Of a DNA stretch of 36,700 nucleotides, positions 9,610-17,780 are shown in pieces; positions within the stretch are counted from its first letter, which is position 1; the number at the start of each line of letters is the position of its first letter. This DNA is from an uncultured archaeon. Lineage in GTDB: Archaea > Asgardarchaeota > Lokiarchaeia > Sigyniarchaeales > SOKP01. Both the position numbers and the translations under genes were made by a program. Location of the stretch: positions 1 through 36,700 of the forward strand of contig CAYLZE010000009.1 of NCBI GenBank assembly GCA_964388035.1. Direction: 5' to 3'. A model generated the notes under the pieces. It had not been told where the DNA came from. It ran no database searches and worked only from the letters and a program-made list of their open reading frames with translations.

Positions 9610-10467
9610 ATGGGTGGCGGAACCGTAAAAGTTCAAGGAAAAAAAATTAAGGTTGAAAAAAAATTTGGTTTACAACGATTAGAATTAATAGGCATGAAAA
9701 TTAATGATATCTCTGAAATCGAGGGCTTGGAAAAACTGAAAGATTTACAGGCTCTAGAACTTGCAGGTAATGAAATCTCAGATCTCAAAAATCTGGATGT
9801 TTTATCTAATCTCCAACAATTATTTCTAGAAGAAAACCAGATTAAGGAACTTAAAGGAATAGAGACACTGACTAATCTCGATCGAATTTTTCTTAATAGA
9901 AATGAAATCGTTAATCTTAAAGGATTAGATAAATTGAGCAACCTTCAATGGATTGAACTCAAGGATAATAAAATTACGGACCTTAAGGGATTGGAGAAGC
10001 TCACCAATCTCATACAATTAGAGCTTGAAGAAAATCAAATAAAGGATATGAGTCCCTTAAATTCGTTGACTAAATTGCAAAAATTAGACTTAAGTAGGAA
10101 TCAAATAAGTGAAATTAAGGGATTGGAGAAATTAACAAATTTACGCATGTTACTCCTCGATCATAATAACATTAAGGAGATTAAAGGATTGGATACACTA
10201 GAAAATCTTGAATCATTATATCTTAACAATAATCAAATTACTGAAATTAAAGGCTTGGAAAAATTGACCAAGCTAGAAACTTTATATCTTGATACGAATA
10301 AAATAACCTCCTTGAAAGGATTAGATAAACTGGAAAAGTTTGAAAAACTGGGCCTCTTATATCTAGGATTTAATCCTATCAAAGTTGGCGGGAAAGAATT
10401 TAAGGGGGATCTTGATTTTATGGGTAAAGGAAATGTTAATACTTTTATTAAAACCCATAAAGAATAA
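9610..10467 (+). CDS. Leucine-rich repeat protein (SDS22/internalin-like 22-aa repeats)
   Basis: About 10 repeats of LEKLTNLxxLxLxxNxIxEIKG. Confidence 0.92.
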   Translation: MGGGTVKVQGKKIKVEKKFGLQRLELIGMKINDISEIEGLEKLKDLQALELAGNEISDLKNLDVLSNLQQLFLEENQIKELKGIETLTNLDRIFLNRNEIVNLKGLDKLSNLQWIELKDNKITDLKGLEKLTNLIQLELEENQIKDMSPLNSLTKLQKLDLSRNQISEIKGLEKLTNLRMLLLDHNNIKEIKGLDTLENLESLYLNNNQITEIKGLEKLTKLETLYLDTNKITSLKGLDKLEKFEKLGLLYLGFNPIKVGGKEFKGDLDFMGKGNVNTFIKTHKE

Positions 10468-10604
10468 GAAACGTACCATCTTTTAGGTCAAATTTTTAGT
10501 ATAATTCTCTTGATTATACTTTTTATTTCTTTTTCTTCTTCTTTTTAATTTCTTAGCTTATTAGCATTAAATAAATTGAGATAAGAATAATATATATAAG
10601 ATAA

Positions 10605-10757
10605 TCAATCCCGGTCATATAATTCATTGGGTATCGACCCACAAAATGCCTCAAATCTAAAAAATTTCATACATTTTTGGCAATTGGGACAATAATAGAT
10701 TCCAGGTTCCTTATCTCTGTAAGAAAATCCGCATTGTTTACAAATCGCAATCTTCAT
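10605..10757 (-). CDS. Small zinc-ribbon protein, 50 aa (Cys-containing paralog of 15523-15636)
   Basis: MKIAICKQCGFSYRDKEPGIYYCPNCQKCMKFFRFEAFCGSIPNELYDRD*; CxxC-13-CxxC; below the ORF-track size cutoff. Confidence 0.8.
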   Translation of the reverse strand: MKIAICKQCGFSYRDKEPGIYYCPNCQKCMKFFRFEAFCGSIPNELYDRD

Positions 10758-10890
10758 AATTTGAAGATGATATTACCTTGTTTTTAATTTAAACATAATA
10801 TTTTAATCATTTTAGATAAAGTTGAAAAGTAAAAAATAATAAAGTTTCCAATTTAACTTATTTTTGAAAAAAGAAAAGAGATTGTAAAAA

Positions 10891-10960
10891 ATTCCAACAC
10901 CCTCGCGGGGTAGTCCTCGGGCATCTCATTTTTTCATGTACGAATCATTCTGATTGGAAT
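10891..10960 (-). promoter_or_regulatory. Eukaryote-like SECIS element 1
   Basis: AUUCCAAU/GUUGGAAU lower stem; AUGA (10948-10945) and GA (10915-10914) core; upper stem UUCGuaCAU/AUGccCGAG; A-rich loop GAAAAAAUGAG; side hairpin ACCCCGCGAGGGU. Confidence 0.75.
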
Positions 10961-11477
10961 CTTGTATCATGGAATCAATAATTTCTGTAAGCAATGGTAT
11001 GGAAGGCCTTTCCGCATGAGCACTGATAGATTTCCATTTTATTTTAAAATTTTTATCAATAAGAAAGGTGGAAGGAATAGCTATCCTTGATCTCAAATCC
11101 TTTGCATTCATTTTACTCCAAGCTATAGATACTTCATAGTTCTTAGCAATCTTAGCTCCTCTATCGGCAATCATGATGAAATTAAATCCATTCTCTTCAT
11201 AGCATGTGCGCAAATGATGAGCGCTATCTACAGCGATCGTAATTAATTCTACCTTTCTTTTTTCAAATTCAGAAATATTTTTATTTAAATTTGCTAAATG
11301 GACCAATCATGGTTTTCAGAATGCACCTCTAAAAAATTCGATAAAAAGTACATTCCATTTTTGAGTTAAATCTTTCAATACGATCCTTTTTCCATAAATA
11401 TCTTCAATATCGATGGGAGGTGCTTCCGTACCTACTTCCAGACCCAAATTTTGATTCGAAATGTCCTCGTTAGTCAT
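10926..11477 (-). CDS. Peroxiredoxin-like (AhpC/TSA, Trx-fold) selenoprotein with a UxxU motif, about 183 aa
   Basis: ORFs 11316-11501 and 10926-11306 are in frame, joined by TGA-AAA-CCA-TGA (FFRGAF-U-K-P-U-LVHL) where the family has RGxWCPxC; later ADRGAKIAKNY and PSTFLID motifs; SECIS-like hairpin at the 3' end. Confidence 0.88.
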
Positions 11478-11756
11478 ATAAGAAATAATGAGTTCGTTCA
11501 AATTTAAAATAATCGAAAATGGAATTGGATTCTTACATGAAAGTACATTTATCCCTAATTAAGATAAGATTCAATTAAGACCAAATTGGAAAATCATGTG
11601 AAATGTTCAAAAGTAGAATCTAGTATAAAATGTACCTTTTATATACTCGCTTATTTTGAAAAAAGCAATCCGTTTATTTGTATATATAGTGTAGGTATAT
11701 AATTCTGCAATTTTTGATAAAAAATCCTTTAATTTGGCAAATTACTATGGATTCTT

Positions 11757-12560
11757 ATGAGAAAATTATCTAATGAAGAAATAGGAAAGTTGGGAATGTA
11801 TGAACTTCAAGGATACATTGGAGCCATGAATAGTCCAACCTTTGGAGGTTGGCGAGGTACGAACACGTTAATTGAGAAATTAAATATGGGAGAGAAGAAA
11901 AAACTAAAATTATTGGAAGTAGGATGTTCCACGGGATATATTACTAGATACATTGCGCAACAATATGATTGTGAGATCATCGGGATTGATTTATCCGAAG
12001 TACTTCTGGAAATAGCCCGAGAAGAAGCGTTGGAACTAAATTTAACGAATGTATCTTTTCAAAAAGGAAATGCTGAAAATCTTCCTTTTTCCGATGATTC
12101 TTTTGATATCGTATATGGTGAAGCTATCACCGCATTAGTGCCAGATCCTTTAAAAGTTATCAATGAATATAGAAGGGTATTAAAACCCGGTGGCAAATTG
12201 GCAACTTTAGATTTATACATGAATGAGTCTTTAAACAAAAATCTGGTTATTGAATTAAACGAGATAATGACAAATGTAATTGGTACTGAAGTTAAAATTA
12301 GGACTCTAAAAGATTGGAAGAATATTTACATGGAAACAGGATTTGATTCCATTCAAATTGAGGATCATCATGAAGATCTCTTTAAAAGAGAATATTCATT
12401 TGGGACGATGGTTAAGATCACATTTAAATTAATATATTATTTGATTTTCAATAAAAAAGTACGCAAAAAAGTTATGCCTACTTTAAAATTTGCCCGAAAA
12501 TTCCAGGATGCATTGAAAAGGGATTGTTTTGGTTATTTTATATTCATGGGAATAAAATAA
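11757..12560 (+). CDS. Class I SAM-dependent methyltransferase
   Basis: LLEVGCSTG, IGIDLS, GNAENLPFSDDSFD, RVLKPGG motifs. Confidence 0.9.
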   Translation: MRKLSNEEIGKLGMYELQGYIGAMNSPTFGGWRGTNTLIEKLNMGEKKKLKLLEVGCSTGYITRYIAQQYDCEIIGIDLSEVLLEIAREEALELNLTNVSFQKGNAENLPFSDDSFDIVYGEAITALVPDPLKVINEYRRVLKPGGKLATLDLYMNESLNKNLVIELNEIMTNVIGTEVKIRTLKDWKNIYMETGFDSIQIEDHHEDLFKREYSFGTMVKITFKLIYYLIFNKKVRKKVMPTLKFARKFQDALKRDCFGYFIFMGIK

Positions 12561-12651
12561 GTAATCATCCTAAGGAAGAATTAAAATTATTAGTAATATA
12601 AAGATATTTGAAAAAAATAGATTCGATTTTATTAAAATAAATAAGGTCTAA

Positions 12652-13809
12652 TCAATTATTTTTTATTGCTTTCAATTTTTTGCGATATTCTCGCCGAAAT
12701 TCCTTATAATCCGATTTTGCACCATTTCCACCAACAAACTCGGGGAGATAGTATTGAGCTTGAACATCCGACAAGAAAATCAAGGGCATAATTAAAAATT
12801 TGGGATTAAATTGCTTGTAAAGCTGGACAGATGCTTCTGGAGTGGATCCTGGATTATCTACTATAATACCTTTTCCCGCAGATTCGATCTTCTTATAGAG
12901 AGAAAACCATTTTTCATCAGAAGCAGGGGCTGCACCATCACCTGGAACCCATTGGATAGCTGTGATGGAAGGCTCCGCTAATAAATCATCTATGTGAACA
13001 ATTTGTCTAGCGCCATCTAAATGATAAATGGCATAATCCATGTGCTCAGCTTGAGCTCTAAGATCGGACAGCACGAATCTTTTGAAATATTTAGGAGAAA
13101 GCATTGCGGCGAAATCACATTGGAGAGTATAATATCTTTTTGGACACCATATTGGAATCCAAGAATTGCTTCCTCCATTATATTGTTCAATTATATCTTG
13201 TAATTCGTCATAAACTTTTAAATATTTTTCAAGGATGATAGAACGACACGCATCAACTATTTCGGGCTTTCTCTTTAAAGTTACAATGAGATTAGTAGGA
13301 CCCAAAAACGAAGATAAAATATCCATTATTCCTCCCAAATCAGTCATTGCAACGGAGTAGTTTTTTCCAGCCCTTTTAGCTGCATATTCAGTTATTTTGA
13401 CTAGTCGTACATACCAAGGATTATTTTGATTCAGTTCAACACTTTCCAAATGACTTTCTAATTCTTCCACTGGAGTGGGACGATTAAACCATACAGTCTG
13501 GGTTTGCTCTTCAAATCTCGGATTCACTCCCAAGACGGAAGCCATTATCCCGGGGCCATAATTCGGCCAAAACCAAGGTAACCATTCTCCTCCAAAAATT
13601 AATGCTTCTGATTTTTTCTCAAAATCATCCAAGCAACCCTCAATATCATCCCATTTTTTCGCTAGATACCACAAATCATAAAGGCCAGGGAAGGATACAT
13701 CCGGTCTGGGGTAAGCATAAAGGAGATTAGGACGATCAATAAGCTCATGATCCCACCATGCTGATAATCTCTCTTTAGCTTGTTCAATGTCCTCTTTGTA
13801 AATACTCAT
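12652..13809 (-). CDS. URO-D/methylcobamide methyltransferase-like TIM-barrel protein (paralog A)
   Basis: AWWDHELIDRP, PNYGPGIMA, TDLGG, LQCDFAAMLSP, IYHLDG, IQWVPG motifs. Confidence 0.75.
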   Translation of the reverse strand: MSIYKEDIEQAKERLSAWWDHELIDRPNLLYAYPRPDVSFPGLYDLWYLAKKWDDIEGCLDDFEKKSEALIFGGEWLPWFWPNYGPGIMASVLGVNPRFEEQTQTVWFNRPTPVEELESHLESVELNQNNPWYVRLVKITEYAAKRAGKNYSVAMTDLGGIMDILSSFLGPTNLIVTLKRKPEIVDACRSIILEKYLKVYDELQDIIEQYNGGSNSWIPIWCPKRYYTLQCDFAAMLSPKYFKRFVLSDLRAQAEHMDYAIYHLDGARQIVHIDDLLAEPSITAIQWVPGDGAAPASDEKWFSLYKKIESAGKGIIVDNPGSTPEASVQLYKQFNPKFLIMPLIFLSDVQAQYYLPEFVGGNGAKSDYKEFRREYRKKLKAIKNN

Positions 13810-14078
13810 AATTTAATGAATTTTTTATTTTATTTTATAATTTTTTAAAACTCCATTACTAAAATAAGATTCTACTTTAAGCGCTTTTTTGAAACTACTC
13901 ATGCACTTCTAAAATTAATAATAGAATCATCAAGAAAAAAGCATGATGATTAAAGCTAGTTTATTATATGGAGTTCGATATTCACATTAAATTGAAGTAA
14001 ACTTAAAAAAACTTTTAATAGTGATGATAATTTTGTGTAAAGTAATTGTTTATGATATCTGAAGGGGAAAGATAAATT

Positions 14079-15248
14079 ATTAGTGATTTTAAAGAGGACT
14101 TAAAAGAAGCAAAAGAAAGATGGAATGCCTGGTGGAATCATGAAATAATCGATCGCCCTTGTTGCGGCTATTATTGTCCCCGCATTGGGCAAAAAGTGCC
14201 AGAGGGTGAAAAAATTCTCGATTTCTTCGATCCTTGGTATTTAGCTAAAAATAATGATGATATTGAAGGTGCATTAAAGGAATTTGAAGAAACGGCTAAA
14301 ATGTATGAGTTTGGAGGAGAAAACATCCCTCAATTTTTCCCTAATTTTGGACCAGGCATCATGGCTGCTGTTTTTGGCATAGAACCTAAATATCAATCAC
14401 GCACTGTCTGGTTTCATCAAAAAACAGATATAGGTGATATTGTTTCTCATTTAGAAGGAATTAAATTAAATTCTAACAATCATTGGTATGCACGTTTAAA
14501 ACGAGTAACGGAAATTGCAGCAAAACACGCAAAAACAAATTATTCCGTTTCCATCACGGATATAGGGGGTGTTCTAGATGTCCTTTCTTCCTTTTTGGGC
14601 CCTACCCAAATCATTTTGACCATGAGAAAAAATTCCGGATTAATTGACGCGTGTCGTTCTATCATCCTTGAAAAATTATTACAAGCATATGATGAACTTC
14701 AATCCATCTTATTTCAACACGGGGATGGCATGGGCAGTTGGATGCATTTATGGTTTTCAAAACGATGGTACCCCATACAATGCGATTTCAGTGCTTTCCT
14801 TAATCCGAAATATTTTAAGCGGTTTGCCCTTCCGGACATCATCGCACAAGCTGACCACATGGACCGTGCTATTTATCATTTAGACGGTCCGAATGCACTT
14901 CCGCATTTGGATGAATTATTAAAAGTACCTTCTATTACGGGCATTCAATGGGTACCGGGCGCCGGCAAGGAGTTATATTGTAGTGACGCTTGGATGCCGG
15001 TTTATAAAAAGATTCAAGCTGCAGGAAAGAACGTGGTGATGGACTTTTTTGAGCTCCCGGAACGATTAACTCATTTCTATAACACCTTGAATCCTAAACA
15101 ACTATTTACGCTTACAATATTTTCTGATAAAGCCAGGGCATTGTTCAATCTTCCAAAATTCTTGGGAGGAAATGGAGGAGAAGGAAATTATAGACAGTTT
15201 AAAAAAGAATATAGGAAAAAAGCAAAAGGAGAAGCCTCGGCCGATTAA
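14079..15248 (+). CDS. URO-D/methylcobamide methyltransferase-like protein (paralog B); probable non-AUG (ATT) start
   Basis: Extension upstream of the called GTG (14196) reads ISDFKEDLKEAKERWNAWWNHEIIDRP, matching paralog A MSIYKEDIEQAKERLSAWWDHELIDRP; in-frame TAA at 14073; GGGGA upstream. Confidence 0.78.
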   Translation: MSDFKEDLKEAKERWNAWWNHEIIDRPCCGYYCPRIGQKVPEGEKILDFFDPWYLAKNNDDIEGALKEFEETAKMYEFGGENIPQFFPNFGPGIMAAVFGIEPKYQSRTVWFHQKTDIGDIVSHLEGIKLNSNNHWYARLKRVTEIAAKHAKTNYSVSITDIGGVLDVLSSFLGPTQIILTMRKNSGLIDACRSIILEKLLQAYDELQSILFQHGDGMGSWMHLWFSKRWYPIQCDFSAFLNPKYFKRFALPDIIAQADHMDRAIYHLDGPNALPHLDELLKVPSITGIQWVPGAGKELYCSDAWMPVYKKIQAAGKNVVMDFFELPERLTHFYNTLNPKQLFTLTIFSDKARALFNLPKFLGGNGGEGNYRQFKKEYRKKAKGEASAD

Positions 15249-15422
15249 TTCTTTCTGTTATTGTTATCTTTAAAAATCTTGATAAAAAATTCCTATATTA
15301 TGTATTTTAGACGAATATTGTAATAAGATTATCTGACACACATTATTGAACATTAATTTTGAATTAATTAATAAGTTATAAAGATTCTTTATAAGACAAG
15401 ATTCTACTTTGAATAATCCTTA

Positions 15423-15509
15423 AAGGGAATTTTCTTACCCGGGCGAGGGTTGTCGGCACTTGTCTAATTTTTTTACAAGCACTTCATTCTTAATCAATTA
15501 AATTCCCTC
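15423..15509 (-). promoter_or_regulatory. Eukaryote-like SECIS element 2
   Basis: GAGGGAAUUU/AAAUUCCCUU lower stem; AUGA (15487-15484) and GA (15454-15453) core; upper stem GUGCUUGU/ACAAGUGC; loop AAAAAAAUUAG; side hairpin ACCCUCGCCCGGGU; same 29-nt core spacing as SECIS 1. Confidence 0.8.
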
Positions 15510-15522
15510 ATTTCTGCAAAAT

Positions 15523-15636
15523 CTATCATTTTGAATAATATTCCATGAAATATGATAGCTTTTTACAATGCGGACAATAGACATACCCTTGGGATTTATC
15601 TCTGAAAATGTACCCGCATTTAGAACAGATTATCAT
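15523..15636 (-). CDS. Small zinc-ribbon protein; candidate selenoprotein with C-terminal Sec (37 aa)
   Basis: MIICSKCGYIFRDKSQGYVYCPHCKKLSYFMEYYSK-UGA-UAG; the UGA aligns with Cys39 of the 10605-10757 paralog; SECIS 2 begins about 14 nt after the UAG. Confidence 0.7.
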
Positions 15637-16132
15637 GATTCATAATTCATTAACGGAACACATAAGTTAAATTTAAGCTTTATAATGTAAAAGAATACAA
15701 GAAATTGGAATTATAAAAATCAAATATTTTAAATAGTTTCTGTTAAATTGTGCGTGGTAATTGAAATTCAAAATGAATTATCATTCATAATTCAATAAGT
15801 AGAACAATTTTGCAAGGGTTTTTCTATATTATATAGAGATGATAATTTGTTCATAAATGCTGAAGAGTTAAAATGGTTTAAATAATCAGTGCTACGCATG
15901 GAATTACATTCATATAATTGAGCTATATTGAATATATTACTAAACAATTATCTAGGTTCAATTAACTATTGAATAAATATTTCCTCGTAATTAATTATTT
16001 TAAATAAACAACGTTTAATATTTCAATTAAAACAAGACCATATATTGAACAGAAAAAGATTTAAAGCCATTTAATTTTTTTTCCATAACTTACTTAAATA
16101 AATTTATTTTTGCTAATATTAGAGGAAAAAAT

Positions 16133-17392
16133 ATGGTTGAAAATTCATATAATCCCTATGAGAATGTTAAGAAGTTGATTGATATAGTTGCCGAATGCAT
16201 AAATTTGGATCCAAATATCGTGAGATTTCTCAAAAGAGTCGAACGCGCGCTAATCGTTTCCATTCCTGTTATAATGGATGATGGATCCCTTCAAATCTTC
16301 GATGGATTTAGAGTGCATCATTCAACGATTAGAGGTCCTGCCAAAGGAGGAATAAGATATGCACCTAATGTTTATCTTGACGAGGTGAAAGCCCTTGCAT
16401 TTTGGATGAGCTTGAAATGTAGCTTGGTAAATCTGCCTTTTGGTGGAGCAAAAGGAGGCGTGCGGGTAAATGTAAAGGATCTCTCCAATAGGGAACTAGA
16501 ACGTCTTACCCGGCGATATACCGCAGAAATTATTAACATAATTGGACCCGATATAGATATTCCCGCTCCGGATATGTATACCGATGAGCAAATAATGGCT
16601 TGGGTAATGGACAGCTACTCCATGAACAAGGGACGCACCATTCCAGGAGTTGTGACAGGAAAACCCATCGAAATAGGAGGTTCAGTAGGGCGTAGAGATG
16701 CAACTGGGATGGGAATGTTTTATGTCATTGATGCATATTGTAAAAAAAAAAATTTGGACTTAAAATCAATGAACGTGTTGATTCAGGGATTTGGTAAAGT
16801 GGGAAGTGTTATTGCAAAAGATCTATATGATTTGGGTTGCAAGATTTTGGCGGTTCAAGAATTGGAAGGCACGCTTTATTGTGAAAACGGATTGAATATT
16901 GATGAATTATTAGAATTGAAGGCGCATGGTAAGTTATTAGTAGAGCACGAAAAGGAAGGCGTTAAATCGATTCCCAATGAAGATTTCTTTAAAATCAAAT
17001 GTGATCTCTTGGTTCCCGCGGCGACTGAAAATCAAATAACCAAGAATAATGCAAATGACATTGATTGTAAGATAATTTTGGAAGGTGCTAATGGACCAAC
17101 GACACCCGAAGCAGATGAAATTCTAAATAAAAAGGGGATTCCCGTTTTGCCTGATATTTTATCCAATGCGGGGGGTGTTATTGTTTCTTACTTCGAATAC
17201 ATTCAAGATATTAATGCTTATTTCTGGAAACTGGATCGCATAAATACTGAGCTAAAAAATATAATCTTGGAAGCATTTGAAGGAGTTTACGCCCTTTCGG
17301 AAAAGGAGAATATTCCTCTTCGAACGGCAGCTTACATAATTGCTGTGGAAAGAATTGCAAAAGCTATAAAACTTCGGGGTTTCTTTCCTTAA
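16133..17392 (+). CDS. gdhA: Glutamate dehydrogenase (Glu/Leu/Phe/Val dehydrogenase family)
   Basis: RGPAKGGIRY, PFGGAKGG, DIPAPD, VVTGKP, IQGFGKVG, EGANGP, PDILSNAGGV. Confidence 0.95.
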   Translation: MVENSYNPYENVKKLIDIVAECINLDPNIVRFLKRVERALIVSIPVIMDDGSLQIFDGFRVHHSTIRGPAKGGIRYAPNVYLDEVKALAFWMSLKCSLVNLPFGGAKGGVRVNVKDLSNRELERLTRRYTAEIINIIGPDIDIPAPDMYTDEQIMAWVMDSYSMNKGRTIPGVVTGKPIEIGGSVGRRDATGMGMFYVIDAYCKKKNLDLKSMNVLIQGFGKVGSVIAKDLYDLGCKILAVQELEGTLYCENGLNIDELLELKAHGKLLVEHEKEGVKSIPNEDFFKIKCDLLVPAATENQITKNNANDIDCKIILEGANGPTTPEADEILNKKGIPVLPDILSNAGGVIVSYFEYIQDINAYFWKLDRINTELKNIILEAFEGVYALSEKENIPLRTAAYIIAVERIAKAIKLRGFFP

Positions 17393-17780
17393 ATCACATC
17401 TAAAGGTTCAAATATAAGATTTTTTTCAAAATAGTTTTATTTTTCTTAATCGAAATAAGGGTTTTCTCTTTATTATGGGAAATTTAAGTAACTTACTATT
17501 TCCTTCAGCATTGCAATAATGAATATTCATTCTCAATTTATTGGAAACACCAATCATTATGAATATCCTTAGCTTTTCATTATACCTTTTTCTACTGTCT
17601 TTCTACTTAAATGAATTGTATTTATATTACTGAACACTTATATTTTTATTATAGAAAAAAATTTATTAATCAATTAGATTTTCAAGTTTTTTAATTATCT
17701 GTATTAATTTTTAAAAAGGATTAACATATCTCATATTTCTATCAAAAATGAACGGGATTTTATGGATCTGAAGCAGAAAA

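Noticed and set aside
9700-10340. Periodic 66-bp nucleotide similarity resembling a repeat array or CRISPR
   Set aside because: Explained by the 22-aa LRR coding repeats; no identical repeats with unique spacers
10812-10928. Third Sec at the terminal UGA of the Prx-like gene
   Set aside because: The UGA lies inside the SECIS loop and the downstream frame looks non-coding (T-rich)
11307-11318. Pseudogene or UGA=Trp reading of the Prx-like gene
   Set aside because: Both UGAs sit at CxxC positions and a SECIS-like element follows; TGG is used for Trp and TGA ends several ordinary genes in the window
15493-15525. Readthrough of the UAG (pyrrolysine) after the zinc-ribbon UGA, giving a further ILQK-UGA-GNLID
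   Set aside because: No pyl genes in the window, no similarity to the paralog tail, and the extension runs into the SECIS stem
15664-16132. Possible larger UGA-rich selenoprotein gene or ncRNA upstream of SECIS 2
   Set aside because: Minus-strand frames appear to contain frequent TAA/TAG, and the region is AT-rich without evident structure; likely divergent promoter DNA
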